Source: a candidate division WWE3 bacterium RIFCSPHIGHO2_01_FULL_40_23 (GTDB taxonomy: Bacteria; Patescibacteriota; WWE3; UBA101185; 2-01-FULL-41-18). Taken from it: 64,000 bases of DNA. Position 1 is the first letter of the stretch. Each line of letters opens with the position of its first letter. Below, one piece after another: positions 49,503 to 58,006 of the stretch. The position numbers and the translations under genes are program-made. The stretch covers positions 286,433-350,432 of the forward strand of contig MEUZ01000003.1 in the NCBI GenBank assembly GCA_001772615.1, in the 5' to 3' direction. The notes under the pieces are model-generated. The model had not been told where the DNA came from, did no database searches, and saw only the letters and a program-made list of their open reading frames with translations.

Positions 49503-50680
49503 TTCTCTTTCTTTGTAACTACTGTATCAACGGAACCATCATAAAATCTGACTTTCATTTTATCATTAACAAAAACCTGGGAAACCGAAGACACAAGCGA
49601 CCCATCAGTAAGGTAAGACATACTATAGCCTCTTTTTAAGATATTCTTGGGACTTAGCGCGTTAACTTTCTCATAAAGAGATGAAAGGTGAAGCTTAAGC
49701 GAAGATAAATTTTGCAAAAAAGAAGAGTCAAATCTTTTTTTCAGTTCTAAAAGCTCCCGCGGAAGAGTTTTAAAATTAACCCAAGATCTTTTTAAAGAAG
49801 CTTCCCTTATATCAAGCTCATAAAAAAGGTCAAGAAAGATTTTTTTAAACTTCTCTCCCAGTTTTTCATATTCATTTTCAAAGTTAATTCTGAAATTAAC
49901 AAAAGATCCCGATATTAGCTCCGCGGCTTTTGTCGGTGTTGAAACTCTTAAGTCGGCCGCGAGATCCGAAAGAGTATAGTCAACCTCATGACCAACAGCG
50001 GAAATAACGGGAATGGGACAGGCTCTTATTGCCTTAACAACTTCTTCGGTATTAAAGCACATCAAATCTTCAATATCACCCCCGCCTCTTGTCAAAACCA
50101 CAACGTCAAGCTTTTCTTTTGAGAGCCTTTTAAAGGCCCCGGTGATGCTTGCTACTGCGGCATCGCCCTGAACAATAGCGTCAACAAAATAAATTTCCAA
50201 CCCCAAAAAGCCTTTTACAACATTGGTTTTAAAATCGGAAATAGCGGCGCCTCTTTTGGAGGTAATAAGACCTATCTTAATGGGAAGTTCCGGTATCTTT
50301 CTTTTTATTTCTTCATCAAAGTAGCCCTGTGCAAGAAGCTTTTTTCTTAACTCTTCCCGTTTTCTTAAAAGCTCTCCTTCACCGTAACTTTCAGCCTTTG
50401 AAATAATAAACCTGTAAGTTCCGTTCTTTGGATAAATCGAGAGAGTGCCAAAGGCAAGTATTTTCTCCCCGTTTTTCGGGTAGTACCCAATATCATCAGT
50501 CTTCCATGAAAGACATGGGAGCACACATTCCCCATCTTTAAGCTTAAAGTAAATTGCCGATTTATATGAATCCGAATAATCATCAACCTCGCCAATGACC
50601 CACACGGAAATCTCGGATAAAAGCTTATCGGCTATTTTATTAACCTGTGAAACAGTGAGTATCCGCCTGTCTTCATTCAT
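49499..50680 (-). CDS. xseA: Exodeoxyribonuclease VII large subunit
   Basis: LTVSQ, RGGG..EDL, SAVGHEVD, TPTKAAE. Confidence 0.95.
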   Translation of the reverse strand: MNEDRRILTVSQVNKIADKLLSEISVWVIGEVDDYSDSYKSAIYFKLKDGECVLPCLSWKTDDIGYYPKNGEKILAFGTLSIYPKNGTYRFIISKAESYGEGELLRKREELRKKLLAQGYFDEEIKRKIPELPIKIGLITSKRGAAISDFKTNVVKGFLGLEIYFVDAIVQGDAAVASITGAFKRLSKEKLDVVVLTRGGGDIEDLMCFNTEEVVKAIRACPIPVISAVGHEVDYTLSDLAADLRVSTPTKAAELISGSFVNFRINFENEYEKLGEKFKKIFLDLFYELDIREASLKRSWVNFKTLPRELLELKKRFDSSFLQNLSSLKLHLSSLYEKVNALSPKNILKRGYSMSYLTDGSLVSSVSQVFVNDKMKVRFYDGSVDTVVTKKEK

Positions 50681-50694
50681 ATGTTTACACAAAG

Positions 50695-50720
50695 TGTCAT
50701 TCCCGCGGAAGCGGGAATCT
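50695..50720 (+). repeat. TGTCAT-tagged REP-like palindrome
   Basis: tgtcattcccgcggaagcgggaatct. Confidence 0.75.
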
Positions 50721-50778
50721 CACTAGATTTTCGCTGGAGTTTACCCTACGAAAGCAGTGAATATATTCCTGGTGCAGG

Positions 50779-51009
50779 TCAAACTTCGGGTTCTGTTTCG
50801 GAAACAAGATTTTTAGGCACTTTCCCCCTTCCCTTTCTGGTAAGTCTGTAATACATCCAAAGTGCATTCAAAGGAACAAGTATCGGGGCAAAAAGGGTAT
50901 TTACAGGTATTGACATTATGTTGTCACCGCCTTTTAAAACGGCGTATATAGCATAAGTAAAACCAAGAGAGAGGTAAACTATCGCAATAATGATCAAAAC
51001 TTGCTCCAT
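50779..51009 (-). CDS. Small membrane hypothetical protein
   Basis: Hydrophobic N-terminus; 4 nt downstream of ruvX. Confidence 0.7.
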   Translation of the reverse strand: MEQVLIIIAIVYLSLGFTYAIYAVLKGGDNIMSIPVNTLFAPILVPLNALWMYYRLTRKGRGKVPKNLVSETEPEV

Positions 51010-51013
51010 ATTT

Positions 51014-51457
51014 CTATTTTAACAAACCAGCCTCTTTCTCCCTCTGACTTTCAAAATACCTTTTAACAATAATTTCTGCCGAAAGGCTGTCAAGAATATT
51101 TCTTCCCTTTCTTGAAGCACCAAAATCAACGGCTTTCTTTAAAGCCTCTTTAGTTGACATAAACTCATCAACGGTTTCAACCGGGACCCTTAACTTTGAC
51201 TTTAACCTTTTAACAAAAGTTCTTACTTTTAAGGTCTGCGGAGTGGATTTTCCATCAGGCAGAAGAGGCAGGCCAACAATTACCTTATTAATCTTATTAT
51301 CAATAACGGTTTTTAAAATACTACCTAAAATTTCCTCTCTATTTGTGGAAGAAATCCTTGTCAGAGGCATTGTAAGACCTGAGGACCCAAAAGCAAGGCC
51401 GACGTTTCTGTCACCTAAATCAACTCCAAGAACTTTTTCGCTTCCTTCGTTTCTCAT
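51014..51457 (-). CDS. ruvX: YqgF/RuvX pre-16S rRNA nuclease
   Basis: LGVDLG..VGLA; IVGLP; DEFMST; DSLSA. Confidence 0.92.
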   Translation of the reverse strand: MRNEGSEKVLGVDLGDRNVGLAFGSSGLTMPLTRISSTNREEILGSILKTVIDNKINKVIVGLPLLPDGKSTPQTLKVRTFVKRLKSKLRVPVETVDEFMSTKEALKKAVDFGASRKGRNILDSLSAEIIVKRYFESQREKEAGLLK

Positions 51458-52980
51458 TCTCTTTCAATCTCAATCTCAATATTTTTTTCATTTTCGGGAA
51501 GTTTATTCAAAAACGCTACGAATCTAGGTGAGAAATCCACATTAAGCGTCCCGACACCCTCTATTTTCCCTAAATAATCTTTCGCATAGGAGACATCTGC
51601 TCCTTTTAATTTTGCTCTAAGCTCCGATTCGTCAATTTTCGGAATTGTATAAGCTTTTATCTTAACCTGGAGGCTAACTTCGGAAACCTCCTTTGATGGA
51701 TCAATTGTATCCAAAACACCCACTTCGGTGTCATTGTCTCTTTTTGACACCTGAAAACCGGGTCGCACAAATTCCTTCAAAAGCTCCTCAAGAAGCGAGG
51801 AAAGTTCATCGCTTAAATAATAAAGCCCTCTTGCGGAAACCGTGAGCTTTAATGAGAGCTTGTCAGCCTCCTCACCTATATTTTTATCAAAAGCCTCGGA
51901 TAATCTTCTATACGTTACGGTTGATTCCAAAAGCTTTTGTTCTTTTGAAAGCTTTGAGCTTTTTAGATCCAAAAGCGCTGTCCCTTTCAAAGCCTCAAAA
52001 AGCGTATTTGAAAGTTTAACTTTATCCTCTTCCGACACCGCTTTCACTTTCTTTGATTTGCCTCCCGTAAACTCCTCTTCATTTGTTGCAATAAGATCAT
52101 CCGTGTCAAATCCCGAAATTTTAAAATTCTTGCCGTCTTCAAGGTTATACTTGGAACCAAAAACTTCGGCTTCAACTTTAAGTTTCTTTTTGCCATAAAC
52201 AGGGGCGGGAGCTGGCTCAAGCTCCGACGGAGCAGGTTCTTGTGTAAGTTTTGGCACTGTTACTTCCTCGTCAGCAACAAACTTAAGGGCTTCTTTGCTT
52301 GTTATTAAAGTAATAGAAGTCCCTTTCTTAATTTTCTTATCATCCGTTGTTTTATTCACAACCGTAACTTCTCCTTTGGCCTTTTCACCTACGGTCTTTT
52401 CCCCCGTTGTATCAATCTCCATTGAAGCAGAAGCTGTAGCTTCAACAGGTCTTCCGGGAATAAGTCTTCGCTTTGCATCAACTGACGAAACGAGTGTGGA
52501 AAGCATAACAGTTTCACTTTTAACAAGAGGCTGCGAATTAACTTTAAGCCTTATCTTTGCCTTCGGATACACTTTCAGAAAAAAGTAAGAGAGGGGCACT
52601 ATCACAAGGATAAAAATAAGCAAAATAAGAAACAGACTTTTTGAGAAGTGAAACTTAAAAGGAATCTTTAGGAAAGGTTTTTTTGATTCTTTAAAGGCGT
52701 CTCTGCTTTGAGATATAAACCCGGTATCCTCATCAATTTTAGCGGCTTCCATCGGATCCAAAAGCTCAATAAGATTTTTTCCAACCTCATCTTCCGTTTC
52801 AAACTCAACGCTCTTCCCCGACTTTTCAAGCTCTTTTCTTATTAGTTTTAAGTTTAGGGCATTTTCAAACAAAACCGAATTTTTAGGAACCTCAACAATA
52901 AGATTTGAGACACCAAGCTCCCTTATCTTTTTTAAAGTATCCATTACATCATCATTTATATCTATTGTTATTTTTTCCAT
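51454..52980 (-). CDS. Membrane-anchored protein with baseplate-J/gp47-like C-terminal region
   Basis: Small N-terminal alpha/beta domain, one TM, then TTGEK..GEKAKG.V...N, VEA...G..YN and FTGG motifs. Confidence 0.65.
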   Translation of the reverse strand: MEKITIDINDDVMDTLKKIRELGVSNLIVEVPKNSVLFENALNLKLIRKELEKSGKSVEFETEDEVGKNLIELLDPMEAAKIDEDTGFISQSRDAFKESKKPFLKIPFKFHFSKSLFLILLIFILVIVPLSYFFLKVYPKAKIRLKVNSQPLVKSETVMLSTLVSSVDAKRRLIPGRPVEATASASMEIDTTGEKTVGEKAKGEVTVVNKTTDDKKIKKGTSITLITSKEALKFVADEEVTVPKLTQEPAPSELEPAPAPVYGKKKLKVEAEVFGSKYNLEDGKNFKISGFDTDDLIATNEEEFTGGKSKKVKAVSEEDKVKLSNTLFEALKGTALLDLKSSKLSKEQKLLESTVTYRRLSEAFDKNIGEEADKLSLKLTVSARGLYYLSDELSSLLEELLKEFVRPGFQVSKRDNDTEVGVLDTIDPSKEVSEVSLQVKIKAYTIPKIDESELRAKLKGADVSYAKDYLGKIEGVGTLNVDFSPRFVAFLNKLPENEKNIEIEIERE

Positions 52981-52988
52981 ATTTTTTA

Positions 52989-54206
52989 CTAAACTTTATC
53001 CTTAAGCTCAAGATAAACTTCGGATAGCGCGGCGGGCATCACATCATCATGCCCCACGGTCTTTCCCGTAAGATCGGAAATGTAAGAAAGATCCGAGACC
53101 GAAACCCTCTCAAAAACGGGAGGCTCCTTAAAAGGTATGTTTCTTGTCCACGGCTCTTTTTCAAGAAGAGTCAAAACATCACCCAGTGAACTTCCCCCGC
53201 CTATTAGGTATATTTTAGAGGGGAAGGTCTTAACTCCGTCAAAATCCGAAAATAAAAGCTCAACTCCCGAAATCCAGATCTCTAAAACATTTCTTAAGCA
53301 TGCTTCCACGTTTTCCATCTCTTCCGGGGAGAGAGTACCTAATGAATATCTTAACTTTTTTTCTTCAGCATCCGTAAAAGGAAGTCCGAAAGTTTCACTT
53401 ATTGCTCTTGTTAAGTGCCTCCCGCCAAGAGAAAGAGTTCTTGTTGCAATAAGCCCGCCGCCGAAAACAATCCCCACATCCGTGGTTTCCCCGCCAATGT
53501 CCATTAAAATCATATTCGGATCTTTTGAAGAGTTGGTTAGGGATTTACTTAAAGCGTACATTTCAGAGCTGACTGCGAGAATCTTCAATTTAAGCTTCTT
53601 TGCAAGCTTATCCAAAATTTCAATATGAAATGATGGGGAAAACGCGGTAAACAGGGCTATTTCTATCCTTTCGCCTGTCATTCCGATCGGGTTTCCTATA
53701 AAAGTTCCGTCAATTTTAACCGAAGAGATGGACGAATTGGTAAGATCCAATTCCAGATCAGGATTGCCTGTCATCATTGCAACCTCTTTTGAGGCCTCAA
53801 GAAAAGCCGTATCCTGAATTTTGGCAACAACTTTTGAAAGCTCCCCTTCCGAAATGGGATCATTTGGATTAGTCCTTGTAAGGCGCACCGTGGTTACAAG
53901 GCCTTTTGTCATTTCCCCGGACAGGCCTATGACTACGTCTCTTGTTTTAGAATCCGCGGATGAAAGAGCCTCGGCAATTGCCACCTCCGATGCTTCTTTA
54001 ACGCCCTCATAATCAACAATAGCGCCGCCTCTCGTGTACAAATACCCAAGAGGCTGTTTCCCAATACCTTGAATAGACAGCTTTCTTACCGAGGGGAGAG
54101 CTGTATCAAAAACAAGGCATTTAACATAATCCGTACCAATATCCCAAGTCAAAAACTGCCTGGGTTTTGACGGTTTGCCAAAAAGAGAAGGTAGTTTAAA
54201 CATCAT
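52989..54206 (-). CDS. FtsA-like actin-family ATPase
   Basis: DIGT, GG.IVD, DIGGETTD, GGRHLT, LIGGGS. Confidence 0.85.
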   Translation of the reverse strand: MMFKLPSLFGKPSKPRQFLTWDIGTDYVKCLVFDTALPSVRKLSIQGIGKQPLGYLYTRGGAIVDYEGVKEASEVAIAEALSSADSKTRDVVIGLSGEMTKGLVTTVRLTRTNPNDPISEGELSKVVAKIQDTAFLEASKEVAMMTGNPDLELDLTNSSISSVKIDGTFIGNPIGMTGERIEIALFTAFSPSFHIEILDKLAKKLKLKILAVSSEMYALSKSLTNSSKDPNMILMDIGGETTDVGIVFGGGLIATRTLSLGGRHLTRAISETFGLPFTDAEEKKLRYSLGTLSPEEMENVEACLRNVLEIWISGVELLFSDFDGVKTFPSKIYLIGGGSSLGDVLTLLEKEPWTRNIPFKEPPVFERVSVSDLSYISDLTGKTVGHDDVMPAALSEVYLELKDKV

Positions 54207-54234
54207 TAAAAGTTAGTTTCACAATCATTATATA

Positions 54235-56085
54235 CTATGAAAGGACGGCTTTTATCCTCCTTACGCCTTTTGAAGAAGCCTCCTCCTTTAAGATCTTAAA
54301 CCTCCCAAGCTCCCCGGTATTTTTAACATGAGGGCCGCCGCAGTATTCTTTTGAGTAGGCATCCTTTAAATCCTTCCCTATGCAATAAACCTTCACCGTT
54401 TCCCCGTACTTCTCGCCGAAAAAATGCAAAGCCCCGCTTTTTTCCGCCTCCTCTTTTGAAAGATCAACCGAAGAAACAGGGAGATCCTCGGAAATTTTAC
54501 CGTTTACAATTTCTTCAACTTTTTTAATTTCTTCTTCGGTCATCTTCCTATCAAATGAAAAATCAAATCTTAATCTTTCGGTTGTGATATTGCTTCCCAT
54601 TTGCCTTACCTCACTGCCTAAGGTGTCTCTTAAAGCCTGATGAAGAAGATGTGTCGCAGTGTGATATTTAATATGCATTTCGGAGGTCCCTTCAAGACCC
54701 CCTTTAAATTTCACTTCTGAAGCAAGTTTTGACTTCTCTTTATGCTTTTCAAAAGCTTTGTTAAAAGTTTCGGTGTCAACTTCCACATTCACTTCTTTTG
54801 CAACCTCAATAATCAGTTCCAAAGGAAAACCATAAGTTTCATAAATCATAAAAGCATCCTCTCCCGATAAAGTCCCTTTCATGGCAAGAAGATGCTCAAG
54901 TTTTTTAAGACCCTTTTCCAAAGCATCGCCAAATCTCTCCTCCTCTTTTAACAGTTCCGAAATTATTTGTTCTTTTTTTGTCAAAAGATGAGGATAGGGT
55001 TCTTTAAAAGTTTCAATTACGGCTCCCGCGAGATCCTTAGAAAAACCCTTTTTTATACCAAGTTTCTTGGCAAATCTTATAGCCCGTCTTACAAGCCTTC
55101 TTAAAAGGTAACCATGCTCTTTGTTTGAAGGCAAAACATCCTCCGCAGTTAAAAACACGGACGTTCTGATATGATCTGCGATAATTCTGAAACATTTATC
55201 AAAATCATCACTTTCTCCATAAGTTTTACCTGAAAGTTTCTCAACCCTCTCTACAACTTTTGAAAATACATCTGTTTCATAATCATCGTCCATTCCGTTT
55301 GCAACAAGAAGAACTCTTTCAAAGCCATAGCCCACATCAACACTATTTTTCTTAAGAGGTTTGTATGAACCGTCCTCCTGTTTTTCATACTGCATAAAAA
55401 CGTTATTGCAGATTTCAATAAACCTTCTGCAGTTACAGTTTACATGGCACAAATCTCCATACTTTGGGTCATGAGCTCTTCCCGTATCATAAAAGATTTC
55501 CGAATCGGGACCCGCGGGATCTCCTGCTTTAGCCCCGCTTCTTTCCCACCAGTTTTTATTTCTTGGATAAGAAAAAATTCTTAAATTTCCTTTACCGACA
55601 AGATGAATGTCCCCTTCCTCGGCCGTTATCCCATATTTTTTAAACTCCTTTTTCCAGATTTCTAGTGACTCTGTATCTTTTGGTATTTTTGCATCACCTT
55701 GAAAGACGCTGACATAAAGCTTTTCAACAGAAAGACCAATAATATTTACAAAAAATTCAAGAGACCAGCCTATCTGCTCTTTTTTAAAGTAATCTCCTAA
55801 AGACCAGTTTCCCATCATTTCAAAAAAAGTGTGATGGACGGGAGTTTCCCCAACTTCATCAAGATCTTCAGCCCTTATGCATTTTTGGATATTTACAAGT
55901 CTTTTTCCCTCTGGGTGAGGCTCACCTAAAAGATATGGGATTAAAGGCTGCATTCCGCTTCCCGTGAATAAAGTTGTCGGGTCGTTTTGAGGAACAAGAG
56001 GGGAGTTTTGTATCTCAACGTGTTTTCTAACGCTATCCGTATAAAACTCTATAAATTTCCTTCTTAAATCAAGGTGTGAAAGCAT
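54235..56085 (-). CDS. alaS: Alanine--tRNA ligase (no C-Ala domain)
   Basis: DPTTLF..SGMQP, FFEMMGNWS, HTATHLLH, EYCGGPH. Confidence 0.96.
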   Translation of the reverse strand: MLSHLDLRRKFIEFYTDSVRKHVEIQNSPLVPQNDPTTLFTGSGMQPLIPYLLGEPHPEGKRLVNIQKCIRAEDLDEVGETPVHHTFFEMMGNWSLGDYFKKEQIGWSLEFFVNIIGLSVEKLYVSVFQGDAKIPKDTESLEIWKKEFKKYGITAEEGDIHLVGKGNLRIFSYPRNKNWWERSGAKAGDPAGPDSEIFYDTGRAHDPKYGDLCHVNCNCRRFIEICNNVFMQYEKQEDGSYKPLKKNSVDVGYGFERVLLVANGMDDDYETDVFSKVVERVEKLSGKTYGESDDFDKCFRIIADHIRTSVFLTAEDVLPSNKEHGYLLRRLVRRAIRFAKKLGIKKGFSKDLAGAVIETFKEPYPHLLTKKEQIISELLKEEERFGDALEKGLKKLEHLLAMKGTLSGEDAFMIYETYGFPLELIIEVAKEVNVEVDTETFNKAFEKHKEKSKLASEVKFKGGLEGTSEMHIKYHTATHLLHQALRDTLGSEVRQMGSNITTERLRFDFSFDRKMTEEEIKKVEEIVNGKISEDLPVSSVDLSKEEAEKSGALHFFGEKYGETVKVYCIGKDLKDAYSKEYCGGPHVKNTGELGRFKILKEEASSKGVRRIKAVLS

Positions 56086-56091
56086 GGTAAA

Positions 56092-56119
56092 AGTATAAAC
56101 GATAAAAAACCCAAGTCAA
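56092..56119 (-). promoter_or_regulatory. alaS promoter, leaderless geometry
   Basis: TTGACT-16 nt-TATACT, 6 nt before the ATG. Confidence 0.6.
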
Positions 56120-56123
56120 AAAA

Positions 56124-56438
56124 TCACTGTGGCGGAAGAACTGGCACGGGGGGTTCTGTGTCATTTACTATCTCATCAAACTGGCCGGCAATTTTATTAA
56201 ACTCCTGATCAAAGCCTTCCTTTGATTTTGACAGCTTGTCATAATATTTGGCTTTTACTAACGCCTCCCCATTAACTATAAGAAGTCTTATCACACTTAA
56301 CAAAAGCTTGTGAAGATTTTTCTCATCCGATCCGTCATAGGTTTCTATAAACTCCTTAAGATGCGCCACAACAGGATCTTCGGATTTAAGGTTATCTAAA
56401 AGATTTATATATTTTTCTTTTATTTCTTTATTTATCAT
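56124..56438 (-). CDS. Hypothetical helical protein
   Basis: 104-aa ORF tightly packed 6 nt after the upstream gene. Confidence 0.7.
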   Translation of the reverse strand: MINKEIKEKYINLLDNLKSEDPVVAHLKEFIETYDGSDEKNLHKLLLSVIRLLIVNGEALVKAKYYDKLSKSKEGFDQEFNKIAGQFDEIVNDTEPPVPVLPPQ

Positions 56439-56444
56439 ATATTT

Positions 56445-58004
56445 TTAAATAATCGCTTCGGGCGGCGGCGTCTCCTCGGGTTTGGTGTTCCCGTTTCCGC
56501 CAGCCCCAGGTTGAGTTTCGGGTTGAGCTTCAAGTACCACTGTTGCGGTACCTTCTACTACCTGTTGGCCTGCTGGTTTTGCCTCTTCCGGCGCTTCAGG
56601 TGCTTTTTTGGTCTCTGCCCCTCCGCCTGCTTCTCCCACACTTTCCCCCTCGGGTTTTTCACCCGAAAGGCTTCTTCTTACACCTTCCGCAAACGCATCC
56701 ATTTGGGCCCTAAAGGATTCTTCAGCCCTAGCAACTCTTTCATCAGCCGCCTTTTGCGCATCCGCCAACTGTTTTGCCATTCTTTCTTCAAACTCTCGTC
56801 TTTCCTTAGCTTCCCGCGCAGAAGCCTCATCAGCCTTCTTTAGCGCCTCTGTAAGATTTAATTGAAGCGTCTGAATTGTCTTAAGAAGTTCTGCCTGGGA
56901 CTCTGTCAGATTTTTCACAGCACCCTCCGCCTTTTGAGCTCTTGTTTCGGCGGCTTTATTTGCCTCATCCTGCGCTACCTGCCTTGCTTGTTTTGTGGGA
57001 GCCTGTCCGGCATCTTCTTTCTCATTCTCCCGCTTCACTTTTTTCGCTCTAGCGCCAAATAGTGTTTCGGCGGCTGATAGATCTTCAACCGAGAGCCCAT
57101 AGGCATCTCTTAAAATTGAAAGCTCCGAGATTATTTGAGCGTCTGAAAGGCCTTGGCCCATAAGCTCTTCCGCAAAAGTCATCAGCTCTCTGGCTGCCGC
57201 TCCACGGGTGTTATAGTACTCCCTAAGCTCCTTCGCAGCCTGTTGGTGAAGTCCGGCCGCTTCATCCCTTGCTTTTTGAAGGTTTTCCGCGTATTCACCA
57301 TTGAGCCTTGCAAGAAGGTCCTCTCTATTCTTTTCAGAAACCCATCTTTCAAGCGGGTGTCCTTTGTTATTGTGCCCATCCCAATCCTGTTCAAGAGATC
57401 TTCCACCGTGCTGGCGCTTATACCCGGTTCTAAACTCATCCACCGTAAGCTCCCCTCTCATCCATTGATCGGTCAACCCAAATCTATTTCTAACAACCCC
57501 AGGCTCAAGCGCCGCGTCCACATCCGTTTCGGATGCAACTTTATAAAGATTCCTGGAGTCATCCCACTGCGGAACACCTTTAACCTGCTTCACCTGCGCA
57601 ACAATAACTGTTTGTTTCTCCGGGTCCCTGTTGCCATTATTAAGACGCACATAAACTACTACGTCATCCTCATATTCTTTTTCTCCCTTCATCTTCCCCC
57701 AAAAACCGGTTTTCTCCTTCAGCCTATAAAAAACTTGAGGTGCGGCACTAAAACTTTGCTCTTCTACAATCTGTCCTTTGCCAAGCTCTTTGGCATCCGC
57801 CAGGTTTTCTATTCCAAGAGTTTTAAAAGCTCCCATGGCAGCTTGTTTGGCAATTTCAATCCTTGTACTTGAATCGCCGCCTTTATAAACATCCATTATT
57901 TCATTATGCATTGGGGGAGTCTCAACTTTTTTTTCAAGTTTTGAAATTTCGGCCTCGTTGGCCGCAAGTTCCATTTCTGCCGGCAGGGGAGTTCTTTCAG
58001 ACAT
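56445..58004 (-). CDS. Hypothetical acidic protein with coiled-coil and low-complexity C-terminus
   Basis: 519-aa ORF starting 2 nt after the ATPase stop; Ala/Glu/Lys heptads. Confidence 0.8.
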   Translation of the reverse strand: MSERTPLPAEMELAANEAEISKLEKKVETPPMHNEIMDVYKGGDSSTRIEIAKQAAMGAFKTLGIENLADAKELGKGQIVEEQSFSAAPQVFYRLKEKTGFWGKMKGEKEYEDDVVVYVRLNNGNRDPEKQTVIVAQVKQVKGVPQWDDSRNLYKVASETDVDAALEPGVVRNRFGLTDQWMRGELTVDEFRTGYKRQHGGRSLEQDWDGHNNKGHPLERWVSEKNREDLLARLNGEYAENLQKARDEAAGLHQQAAKELREYYNTRGAAARELMTFAEELMGQGLSDAQIISELSILRDAYGLSVEDLSAAETLFGARAKKVKRENEKEDAGQAPTKQARQVAQDEANKAAETRAQKAEGAVKNLTESQAELLKTIQTLQLNLTEALKKADEASAREAKERREFEERMAKQLADAQKAADERVARAEESFRAQMDAFAEGVRRSLSGEKPEGESVGEAGGGAETKKAPEAPEEAKPAGQQVVEGTATVVLEAQPETQPGAGGNGNTKPEETPPPEAII

Positions 58005-58006
58005 AT

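Noticed and set aside
51454-52980. Prophage suggested by the baseplate-J-like gene
   Set aside because: No other phage genes; embedded between housekeeping genes; has a TM anchor
54235-56085. alaS truncation as a pseudogene
   Set aside because: Catalytic and editing motifs are intact with a clean stop; C-Ala-less AlaRS is a known natural form
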